A stretch of 64,000 bases of DNA from the human T2T-CHM13v2.0 reference genome, Homo sapiens, in the NCBI RefSeq assembly GCF_009914755.1, contig NC_060928.1. One strand, 5' to 3'. A program made the position numbers and the translations under genes. Of this stretch, positions 48,690 to 64,000 are shown one piece after another (the stretch's first letter is position 1; each line of letters begins with the position of its first letter). The notes beneath the pieces were generated by a model. It made no database searches. It saw nothing but the letters and a program-made list of their open reading frames with translations, and was not told where the DNA came from.

Positions 48690-49721
48690 ATGGGGAGAAA
48701 CTAGAGCAGAAAAGCTGAAAATTCTAAAAATCAGAGCACCTCTTCTCCTCCAAAGGATCGCAGCTCCTCGCCAGCAACAGAACAAAGCTGGACGGAGAAT
48801 GACTTTGATGAGTTGACAGAAGTAGGCTTCAGAAGGTTGGTAATAACTAACTTCTTCGAGCTAAAGGAGGATGTTCGAGCCCATTGCAAGGAAGCTAAAA
48901 ACCTTGAAAAAAGATTAGACGAATGGCTAACTAGAATAAACAGCATAGAGAAGACCTTAAATGACCTGATGGAGCTGAAAACCATGGCACGAGAACTACG
49001 TGACGCATGCACAAGCTTCAGTAGCCGATTCAATCAAGTGGAAGAAAGGGTATCGGTGACTGAAGATCAAATGAATGAAATGAAGTGAGAAGAGAAGTTG
49101 AAAGAAAAAAGAGTGAAAAGAAATGAACAAAGCCTCCAAGAAATGTGGGACTATGTGAAAAGACCAAATCTACATTTGATTGGTGTACCTTAAAGTGATG
49201 GGAAGAATGGAACCAAGTTGGAAAACAACCTTCAGGATATTATTCAGGAGAAATTCCCCAACCTAGCAAGGCAGGCCAACATTCAAATTCAGGAAATACA
49301 GAGAATGCCACAAAGATACTCCTCAAGAAGAGCAACCCCAAGACACATAATTGTCAGAGTCATCAAGATTGAAATGAAGGAAAAAATGTTAAAGGCAGCC
49401 AGAGAGAAAGGTCAGGTTACCCACAAAGGGAAGCCCATCAGACTAACAGCTAATCTCTCAGCAGAAACTCTACAAGCCAGAAGGTTGGGGGGGTGGTGGC
49501 CAATATTCAACATTCTTAAAGAAAAGAAATTTCAACCCAGAATTTCATATCCAGCCAAACTAGGCTTCATAAGTGAAGGAGAAATAAAAGCCTTTACAGA
49601 CAAGCAAATGCCGAGAGATTTTGTCACCACCAGGCCTGCCTTACAAGAGCTCCTGAAGGAAGCACTAAACATGGAAAGGAACAACTGGTACCAGCCACTT
49701 CATAAACATGCCAAATTGTAA
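48690..49721 (+). pseudogene. L1 ORF1p, disrupted
   Basis: ATG GGG AGA AAC TAG gives a stop at codon 5, with further stops downstream; fragments 48813-49088 and 49218-49721 match ORF1p. Confidence 0.9.
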
Positions 49722-49784
49722 AGACCATCAATGCTAGATAGAAATTGCATCAACTAATGAGCAAAATAACCAGCTAACGTCATA

Positions 49785-53598
<3,814 letters not shown>

Positions 53599-54099
53599 AC
53601 AATGAGAACACTTGGACACAGAGTGGGGAACATCACACATTGGGGCCTGTTGTGGGGTGGGGGGAGGCAAGGGATAGCATTAGGAGAAATACCTAATGTA
53701 AATGATGAGTTAATGGGTGCAGCACATGAACACGGCACATGTATACATATGTAACAAACTTCCACATTGTGCACATGTACCCTAGAACTTAAAGTATAAT
53801 TTAAAAAAAATAAAATAAAATAAAAAATAAAGAATTTGATTTTTATATTCTACATCAAGGTCAGCAGCCTGTAACACATAAGGCCAACAGAAGTTAACCA
53901 GTACTCCCTTTTCCTCTCCAAACAGCTGAGAATACATATAATGCCTTCCTTCCCCCAACACACACATTCACAGACCTGCATGTTATCATATGCCCTGACT
54001 CCTCTCATGGAGGCCAACATGTGGATATACATCAACCACCTCACGTAACCCCCAACATACCGGAAAAATAGGCTGTCCACTAGGTAGACTATATCGTGT

Positions 54100-54232
54100 A
54101 ATCACCATTCTTGAGTACCTATAATGTGCCTCCTCCAGATGCTGTGTGTATTATTTAATTTGGTCCTTACAACCACCTATGAAGTAGATACATTACCCCA
54201 ACTTTATGGAAGATGACCCTGAGACTCAGAAA
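54100..54232 (-). mobile_element. MIR fragment
   Basis: ccttacaaccacctatgaagtagatacattaccccaactttatgg...ctgagactcagaaa. Confidence 0.6.
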
Positions 54233-56227
54233 ATGGTGGAAAGCTGCCCAACTGAAGCTCGGTTCACTGTGCCACATTGTGAAAGTGTATCAACTTTTCC
54301 TAGAGATAGAAATAATTTGCAAACACCATTATAAACCTTCAAGAGTTTCACATTTTTTATTTTGGTGAAAACATCTTCATATTTAATATTGCTTAAAAAA
54401 CTAACAAAAAAATTTAAAACTGAATTTCTCTTTGATTCTTTGAGGCATTTATTGCAATGCTGTTCATTTGAGTAGCATTTGACTGAGTGCTTGTTCTAAA
54501 GTGCACCCTTGGCTCCTAGAAACCCAAACCCTCACTGTTTACGAAAAGAGTTTTTAAATGTGGATATTTGACTTGCAAGAAGACAGAAACCCACCTCATT
54601 TTAACTTAGAAGAAAGGAAGAATTCGGGAGGAAGCTCGTGGAAACGGTGCAAAAGTCAGGAAAATGGATGAGTCTCTTGGTGGCCTGAGGGCCTCAAGTG
54701 CTGCTAGGACCTTTGCTCTGAATGTCTCCCCACCATGCCTCTCAGTGTCCATTTCATTCCCTCTCACGGACTCCCCTCCTGCCCCTCAGGCATGGCCGCT
54801 GAAAGCTCTCGGGCTTTCATTTTCCGCTTCACCACCAGAGAGGTAGTTCCAGCCACCATGATGAAACCTCAGAGAAGGACTTCAATTCACCTGGCCTGAG
54901 TCATGTTCCCACCCCTGCCATCAGGACATGGCAAGATTGACAGCCCAAGTGAGCGGCAAAGGAAAAGCCTATTTGAATATTTTTGTAAAAGAAGGAAGGT
55001 TCTGTTCCACTACAGAAAGTCAACTTTTTAAAAATGTTTTTAAAACTTTGATTATATTTTTAGCAGATGGTGAATCCAGAAAATGTAAGCAATAAACTCA
55101 AATTCTGGAGACATATGGAAATATGGTAAAAAGCAGGTGCTTTGCCTCTGATGTAAATTCTAAGCTGCAGAATAATGAATTAAGGGAAATGACAGGTTAG
55201 GTCCTTAATTACATTTTACCCAAAGAAGCACTCTTCAGATGTTCAAATCCAGTTTTTCCTCCCCAAGACTTAAAGTTTTGAATAAACATTAAGTGATACA
55301 TCTGTTTTTAAGTTTCATTCCCCGCCCCCAAATCGCTGTTTTTAAGACTGCTTAATGTTACTGTAGAAATGAACACTTTCTTAAAAGTAGTGATCCTGTG
55401 AACAATGTAACCTCTGAAGCTCTTCTGCTACCACTCAAACCTCTAGAAACTCATTAAATGCAAGATTGACCACATTTTTTATACTGACACAACAGAGCAT
55501 TTCTGACTTAGAAAAAATTCTAAGCAGATAACTCAAGAAATTAGGGAATTTTCCCCTGAAAATAAAACCATCATATTCTCATTATAGACTATAAACACAT
55601 TTCTAACTTCTACTTTTATTTCATTCTGATCAACAAATAGAAAAGGGGGATCAGGACAAGTCAAAATAAGCTGTTCTTTTTTTCTCGCTATCTCAGAGAA
55701 TAACCTCAAAATCCAGATTTCTGTGAATAAAGGAAAGCAATGCTTTGTGGAAGTGTATCTTCCCAAAGTTACCCTTTTTAGATGTAGTTTTATTACATCT
55801 AGCCCAGAAAAGTAGTTTAATGATAGCCATAGCCCTTTTCAAAATCTATATCCCAAAGCTTTTCAGGTTAACAATATTTTAATTTCTAGATAGATGGTAA
55901 AGTGCTTGACTGTCTAGTCTTAAGAATTTTTTCAACCTTACCCTGCCTAAGTTATACCATACAATTAGGAAGTTATTTTCTGGTCCTAGAAATTTAAGTA
56001 TTTATTTATATAGAGAGTGCTGTATTTTTAACATCACTCATTTCTTTAATTTATAATAAACAACTAGTGAATGAAAATAAGCTCAAAAAAGCTTATTCCC
56101 TTGAAATTTACATTTGAATGTATTATGATCGTAGCTGTTATTTTTAATGGCAGCTAGCTACAGAGTGAGTTATCATTAAGTAACTCAGTTGTCTGGAATT
56201 AACCTGACTTTATATTAATAAACCAAT

Positions 56228-56620
56228 AACTCATTCATTCAGTCAGTCAACAAATACCTACAGAGTACCATGTGTCAGGCACTGTTAAAGGTGCTTAGGA
56301 TACATCACTTAATGAACATAGTAAATAAGTGAGATATCTACTGAGTTAGAAGGTGTGAGAACACAGGCAGAAAAGGGTGATGAGTACTGAGAGTATAGGA
56401 TGGATCAAAAGGATTTGGAGCTATGACTTGAAGGAGATGAGGGAACTAGGCATGTGGAGTTCTGCAAGAAGAGAATTCCAGGCAGAAGAAACCGCCAAGA
56501 TAATGCCCGAGGGTGACAGAGTATCTGGCTTGTAGGAGGAACAGAAAAGAAGCCAGAATAGCTTGGGCAGAAGGAGGGAAGGAAAGAAGCATAGGAAATA
56601 AGATTAGAGAGATAGCCAAT
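56228..56620 (-). mobile_element. L2 3'-end fragment
   Basis: ctcattcattcagtcagtcaacaaatac...atgtgtcaggcactgtt...gaattccaggcagaag. Confidence 0.7.
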
Positions 56621-56927
56621 TTTGGGGCTGAATGCTTTTAATAAATACTTTTTTGAGAATTTGAATTATTATTTCCATAAAGTGTATTATGCTTCATCTT
56701 ATACCTGATCATAGTGCTCCCTTATTGTCCTCCTAATAACCAGTTTCTTATTGAAACTAATTTCATAGTTCATGTGACCAGTGTAACTGTATGATTCTAT
56801 TGAATTTAACATTCTCTATGTCCAAATTTCAGGTTGTGGCTGATATAGAAAATTGTTTTAAAAATAAGACAAACATTTAATTATTCCATCAATTTGAACT
56901 GCATTATGACAAAAGAAAAAAATGCCA

Positions 56928-57224
<297 letters not shown>

Positions 57225-57353
57225 GCAAAGAAAAAATGCATGTATTCATTCACAGGTGAAATAACATTTCTTCAAAATATTTATGCTGTCAAAAGAAGAC
57301 ACATTATTTGCAAATGTAAAATATTTCTCTAAGAGTTAACTACTAAAGTATGG

Positions 57354-57708
57354 AGATATGGTTTGACTGTGTCCCCACCCAAATCTCAACTTGAATTGTA
57401 TCTCCCAGCATTCTCATATGTTGTGGGAGGGACCCAGGGGGAGGTAATTGAATCATGGGGGCTGGTCTTTCCCATGCTATTCTCGTGATAGTGAATAAGT
57501 CTCATGAGATCTGATGGGTTTATCAGAGGTTTCCACTTTTGCTTCTTCCTCATTTTTCTCTTGCCACCACCGTGTAAGAACTGCCTTTCACCTCCCGCCA
57601 TGATTCTGAGGCCTCCCCTGCCATGTGGAACTGTAAATCCAATTAAACCTCCTTTTCTTCCCAGTTTCAGGTATGTCTTTATCAGCAGCATGAAAACGGA
57701 CTAATACA
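57354..57708 (+). mobile_element. THE1 (THE1A-like) solo LTR
   Basis: gatatggtttgactgtgtccccacccaaatctc...gaaaacggactaataca; perfect TSD tatgg. Confidence 0.9.
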
Positions 57709-58548
57709 TATGGCATGCCACTTTTTTTAGACTATCATCACATCATACTACCAAAAATTTCTTTTAAAAATATAATCCATATCTTTCAGAACAAATATAG
57801 AATTTAATACCTGCCACAACAGTGTGCTTTCCTAAGGAATCATGTTCCCACACTAATACCTAAATCCATCTACTCTATCAGAATGTGAATGCTTCTACTG
57901 AAATGTGCATAGTTATTGGCAGACTGAAAAAAAAATAAAGTAGTGCATAGTGATATCCAGGGGATAGAGACAAAAACAACTCTAAGATTAGAGATAGTGG
58001 AAGCAGTGTGCTATGGTAAAAGTAAGGGGGCCCTGAGGTTGTGTGAAGCAACACTAAATTAGAAAAGCCTTAGGGACTTCCACATAAGTAGAAGCACTAA
58101 GTATAATTGAAAGAAGAAGCCACCATATTCACCTACTCCACAAATATTTATTGAGTGTCTTCTATGTGCTGAACCCTTCAACAGTAGCTGGAGATATAAT
58201 AGTGAAAAAGAAAGTCATGGAATTTATAGTCTGGTGAGGGGAGGCAGATGCTAAGCAAATCATACAGGTGCACTCAAAGAAATCATTTCATTACAGTTAT
58301 CCCAAGTGTTATTGTTAGAGTAGGCAGATAGCTAGGCATGAGCAGGATGGGGAGACCCTGAGGAAATGGAGGTCTAGAAAAATCTCACACCTCAGAGATC
58401 ACCAGAAACAGGTAGGCTAGTTATAAGCAGAGAGGAGGGGAAACACCTATGCAGGAAGGACCGCTCCTTAAGAGACCCAGTAATCATCTCTTTGCAGTTA
58501 ACCTGCCAGGATGTAGCTAGGTGTGTGCTGACAAGGAGGGGAAGAGAG

Positions 58549-58910
58549 TTTATTAGTTTGTTTTCATGCTGCTGATAAAGACATACCCGACACTGGGCAA
58601 TTTACAAAATAAAGAGGTTTAATGGACTTACGGTTCTACACAGCTGGGAAGGTCTCAGGATCATGGTGGAAGGCAAGAAGGAGCAAGTCACATCTTACAT
58701 GGTGGCAGGGAAGAGAGAACTTGTGAGGGGAATCCCTCTTTATAAAGCCGTCAGCTCTCATAAGACTTATTCACTGTCATGAGAACAGCACTGGAAAGAC
58801 CCACCCCCATGATTCAGTTACCTCCCACTGGGTCCCTACCACTACACTTGGGAAATGTGGGAGCTACAATTCAAGATGAGATTTGGGTGGGGACACAGGA
58901 AACCATATCA
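58549..58910 (-). mobile_element. THE1 (B/C-like) solo LTR
   Basis: tattagtttgttttcatgctgctgataaagacatacc...aaaccatatca; TSD gagag/gaggg. Confidence 0.88.
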
Positions 58911-59059
58911 GAGGGCAGAGAAATTCCTAAGAAATACGCAGGTAGAATAAGTATAGATCTGACCTCTATACAACCTTCCTGGGATGGTGCTAATGAGCAA
59001 TGCAGCCACTAGGTAGACTTAGTATCCAACACTGCCCCATGTGTGCACACCAAGGGGAG

Positions 59060-59408
59060 TATATTAGTCTGTTTTCACACTGCTGATAAACACATATCCA
59101 ACACTGGGCAAGTTACAAAAGAAAGAGGTTTAAATGGATTTACGGTTCCACATGGCTGGGGAGGCCTCACTATCATGGTGGAAGGCAAGGAGGAGCAAGT
59201 CACATCTTACTTGAATGGCAGCAGGCAAAAAGAGCTTGTGCAGGAAAACTCCCCTTATAGTAAGCATCAAATCTCGTGAGACTTACTACCACGAGAACAG
59301 CACAGGAAAGACCTGCCCCCATGATTCAATTACCTCCCACCGGGTACCTCACACAACACGTGGGAATTCAAGATGAGATTTTTGTGGGGACAGAGCAGAA
59401 CCATTTCA
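59060..59408 (-). mobile_element. THE1 (B-like) solo LTR
   Basis: tatattagtctgttttcacactgctgataaa...aaccatttca; perfect TSD gggag. Confidence 0.88.
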
Positions 59409-60238
59409 GGGAGGGTCCCACGAGCCTGGGGTGGGAACTAGGCAGGGAAAGGTAAGGGACTTAAGGCAGAAGCGGGAAAACTAGACAAAGAAAAAAGGTG
59501 ATGACTTAAGACAGAGGTGAAAACTTCAAGAAAAAATCCAACATCATAAAAACCCAATGCAGAACTCTCAGGGTGCGCCTGGCCCATTCTCTTTCAGCAG
59601 CCCGCTCTGCCTCATCTTTCACAATGTCCTGTCCCTTTAAATAAACTCTCTGCTCCCTCTTTCCCTTCATGTAAAGCTTTCTGCTGTGTTTGAACTGGCC
59701 AAAACCTTTCTCCTAAGACTATAAACGACTGAGGATTCCCGCACTTCCGGGCAACACTGTCTCCAATTGAAAGAAGGCTCCATGTGCTCAAAACTTTAAG
59801 TGGGTCACACATTAGAGCTTCTGTCTGGGACGGATGCTTGGCACCTAGTGAGTGCTCACTACGTATTTGTTCACTTAACGAAGTATATGAAAGAGAAGCA
59901 CAGGATAGAGTGAGAGCATGAAACAGGGAATCCCAACCAAATCTGGGGGCTCAGTGTGAGTTAAGCTGAAATCTGGAAAATATAGAGAAGACAAGGAATA
60001 GGAAAGAAGGAAAGGGAAGAGGAGAAGGTGGGAGAATTTTCTTTGGAGAAAACAACTGATGGCAGCAAGCTCTGAGGAGGGAAACCTGATCCTTCCTAAG
60101 GAATTAAAAATAGCTCTGGCCAGGGGAGTGGGAAGGTAGTGACTGAGAGACAAGTAGGCAAAGACCAGATCCTGCAAAGTCTTGGAACCTTTATGGAGCA
60201 GTTGTAACTTTGCCCTAAGAGCAGTAGAAAACCACTGA

Positions 60239-60664
<426 letters not shown>

Positions 60665-60804
60665 TCAACACTGAATTTAGAATTTAAAAAGTCTGCCCAG
60701 AAGTTTCTTGAATTTGACTTAACTACACAGAGAAACTTCTGAGGGGAAGAATTTTAAGAACCAGGATGAGGTTATCGATAGAAGACATGAATTTTGAGTC
60801 CTTG

Positions 60805-61305
60805 GAAATGGTAGTAACAGAACTCTAAGATGACTCTCTTCCTTGGTTTACTCACATGAGTATGTCAACGTTACATGGTAAAAGAGATTTGGCAAACGTA
60901 ATTATCAATCAGTTCACTTTAAGAAGAGGAGGTAATCAAGGTAGGCCTCATCTAGTCACATGAGTTTAACCACTGCTGGGATGGAAGGTCTGTGAAGCAA
61001 GGAACTAAAAATGGTGTCGATAAGCTGAGAATGGTCCCCAGTCAGCAGCCATCAAGAAAATGGGGATCTCAGTCCCATAATTGCAAACTGAATTCTGTCA
61101 ATAACCTAAGTAAACTTGAAAGCAGATTCTTCCCCTGAGGCTCCAGGTAAGAGCTCCACCCAGCAGACACCTAGACTTCAGCCTTGTGAGACCCTTGATG
61201 GAGAACCTTGTTGAGCCCTCATGGACTCCTGACCTACAGAACTGTGATACAGTAAATGTATGTTGTTTTAAACAACTAAGTATGTGGTCATCTGTTATGC
61301 ACGTA
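60805..61305 (+). mobile_element. MLT1 LTR
   Basis: cagccttgtgagaccc...tgacctacagaactgtga...tgttgttttaaacaactaagtatgtgg. Confidence 0.7.
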
Positions 61306-61407
61306 CATCTGTAAACACCATGTTAGAGTGACCCTCTGAGAATAATTAGTTGAAATTTTATTACTGTGTGTTTATTAGGTTGTTTTGCTATATCTTAAGA
61401 AGGAAAG

Positions 61408-61784
61408 AGTCTTACTTACCCATTTGGGCTGCTATAGCAAAGTGCTACAGACTGAGTGGCTTATAAATAACAGAAATTTATTTCTCACTGTTCTGGATGC
61501 TGCAAGTCTGATATCAGAGTGCCAGCATTGTTGGGTTCTGGAGAGGGCCCTCTACCAGGTTGCAGACTGCCAACTACTCATTGTATCTTCACATGGTGGA
61601 AAGACCATGAGAGAGCTCTCTGGGGTCTCTTTTACTAGTTCACTAATTCTATCCTTGAGAACTCTACCCTCATAACTTAATCACCTCCCAAGGACCCTAC
61701 CTCTGAATACCACCACATTGGAGATTAAAATTTCAACATTTGAATTTGATAGGGTGGATGGATACAAACATTCAATCCATAACA
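61408..61784 (-). mobile_element. MLT1A/MSTD-like MaLR LTR
   Basis: gggctgctatagcaaa...aacagaaatttatttctcactgttctgg...acaaacattcaatccataaca; TSD gaaag. Confidence 0.75.
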
Positions 61785-62855
61785 GAAAGCAATAATGATT
61801 TATTGAACTTTCTATTACGGCACTTTTCATTCCGCAAATACTCTCCTAAGATGCATTTAGTTCACTTCTGCTCACTTTGTAAGTATTTTACAAGATAACA
61901 TTAAGTGAAGAATAGGTTAAGGCCAGAAAATGTAAGGCATTGTTCCAGACCTTGACCCCACATCTTGTCCTCACTTATCACCATCTCCTAGTCCTGCAGG
62001 AAAGATTGGCCACCTCCACAAGCTAATCAATATTGTCACTTTTTTGTGAAAAACAAAAGGCTGTGCCAACAAATTCCTATCTCCCAGCTGCAGATGATAA
62101 GAAAGTTTCTTTGCCTTGACATTTGCTTATCTTTGACCAATAAGCACTGACATTTGATTATACACTGGACTATCCAGCATTCTCCTCCCTCCCATTTCCC
62201 ACCCTAACACCTGCTGTCTAATTACTTTTAAATTCTACCTCTTTAAAATGCAGGAGTAAGAATTAAAGTAATCTCTCAAATAATTACAGTCACTAAATTT
62301 GATTAAAAATATCAGAAGAGGCTGAGAAAAAAATGACTGTTCATTAGGGTGGAACAACATCTATAATAAATCCAAAATCTTGGTAATTTAACATTAATAA
62401 GAATTTTCTATTGCTTGTCTCACAATTTGGAGGAGGAGGCATGAGCAATGCTTCACCCAGTTTTCAGCAACCCCGTCCCCATCCATTTAATGATTCTACC
62501 ATCTGCTAGGGCCTCAGAATCCTCCTCTGTATCTTCTGCAATTACTCAGGCTCTGAGGGAAAAATATATTATAAATAAGGTAGAGAAAGTAGTCCACTTG
62601 TAATTTCTTTGGCCCAGAGGTGATGCACATCACTTCCATTTGCATTTCACTGTCAAGAAACAATTACATAGTCACATCTAAATACAAAGGAGCTGGGAAT
62701 TATAACTTGGCTGTGTGCCCAGGAGGAAGTGAGCATGGAAATTGCTGAGTCCTAGCTCTGTATCCCGTACAATAGAATAAGATGAAATCTATGAGTGATC
62801 CATAAATTTTGGTTATCGGTGTTAGTAATTCACCTTTATCATGGATTTAGAAATA

Positions 62856-63424
62856 TGTAGTTCCAATTACTACTGTTGCATAACAAAGCTTAGCACCATA
62901 AAGCAACTGTTTTATTAAGCTTTTGGATTTTGTGGGCCGCAAATTCAAAAAAAGGCACAGAGGAGATAGTTTGTTTCTGCTCTGTGATATATGGAGTCTC
63001 GGGGGGATGATTCAGCAGCAAGGGGCTGGAATCACGTAGAGGCATCTTTATTCACAGTGCTGGCAGCTAATGTTGGTCATCAGTTAAAACCCCAAGTAAA
63101 GGTATTTACCCAATGCATGACATCTCAGGTCCTTGGACTTTTTCACAATGGAGTAGCCTCAGAGAGTCAAATTTCTCACATGGAAGCCCAGAGTTTCAAA
63201 AACAAATGCCCCAGAGGACAGGCTATGTGGCCTTTTATGACCTATCTTCAACCACTTCTGTTGTACTCTACTGGTCTAAGAATTCATAAGCCCACCCTAA
63301 TTCAAAGAGAGGAGACATAGACCGATCCCCTAATGGAAAGTTGGTTACCGAGGTCACATTGCAGAGGGGTATGTGCAATGGAAGATATTGTGGTGTCTAA
63401 TTTTGGAAACTATAATCTCCCACA
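62856..63424 (-). mobile_element. MLT1 (G/H-like) LTR
   Basis: tactgttgcataacaaa...attcaaagagaggagacatagacc...ttttggaaactataatctcccaca. Confidence 0.65.
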
Positions 63425-63479
63425 TACATTATCTTAGAATCACTGAAAGTTAGTGTTTGAAAGGATTAATTTCTTTATA

Positions 63480-63655
63480 GAACAAGAGCCAGCAAACAAT
63501 AGTCCACTGCCAGTTTTGGTAAGCAAGGTTTAACTGAAATACACCATGCCTATTTGTTAGCAGATTTGAGGAGTTCCAAAAGATACCATATGACCTACAA
63601 AGGCAAAAGTATTTATTTTCTGGCCCTTTACAGAAAGAGTTTGCATAATCTATAG
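63480..63655. mobile_element. MER58-like hAT-Charlie MITE
   Basis: cagcaaac...tatttattttctggccctttacagaaagagtttgc. Confidence 0.6.
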
Positions 63656-63679
63656 ATACAATATCAATTAAACACGTGG

Positions 63680-63885
63680 ACACTGAAGTTAGACTACTAG
63701 GTTTTCAAATCTCAGTTCTGGAAGTGGCCAGTTATGTGGCTTTGAACAAGCTACTTAGCATCTCTAGGCTGCCATTTTCCCACCTTCATAATTGGGGAAA
63801 CAGTAAAGTCTGTCATTGAATTGTGAGCATTACATGAAATAATTAATGAAAAGGGCATAATTAGCATTCATAAATGCTAACTTGT
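63680..63885 (+). mobile_element. MIR SINE
   Basis: ggttttcaaatctcagttctg...ctttgaacaagctacttagcatctct...ttgtgagcattacatgaaataat. Confidence 0.65.
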
Positions 63886-64000
63886 GCTGTAGAATTGCCT
63901 TAAATTATCAGCTAGATCAAATGTCCATTTGAGTCATATGTTTATCTCCAGTGTCATCTGCTGCAGATTTCAACACATCTAGTGATACAGGAAGTCCATT

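Larger units (their letters stand above)
58313..59756 (+). mobile_element. ERVL-type solo LTR (MER54-like) interrupted by two THE1 LTRs
   Basis: tgttagagtaggcagatagctaggcatgagcagg...aataaactctctgctcc...gggcaaca (TG...CA ends); family from recall; no clear TSD. Confidence 0.6.

Overview
This is eukaryotic, AT-rich primate genomic DNA. Alu, L1PA, THE1, LTR2 and MER41 repeats point to a catarrhine, probably human or ape. The window is almost entirely intron, surrounding one 118-nt coding exon (18197-18314, +). That exon encodes [39 protein letters not shown], the Gal/GalNAc-T motif of a polypeptide GalNAc-transferase of the GALNT10/GALNTL6 subgroup; GALNTL6 is favoured by the very large AT-rich introns. 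The rest is mostly layered transposable elements: (1) a ~14.8-kb antisense nest starting ~140 bp after the exon (end-to-end L1MA containing an MST LTR, an Alu and a second end-to-end L1 that itself holds an Alu); (2) solo LTR2 and MER41A; (3) a MER44/Tigger7 transposon; (4) a full-length, inactivated sense L1PA4/5-type element with a perfect 15-bp TSD; (5) an ERVL-type LTR carrying two THE1 LTRs; (6) many MIR/L2/MLT1 relics. I found no convincing novel multi-gene system. The least explained feature is a near-perfect 28-bp-arm inverted repeat at 11650-11716. Repeat subfamily names are from recall of consensus sequences and need RepeatMasker/Dfam confirmation.
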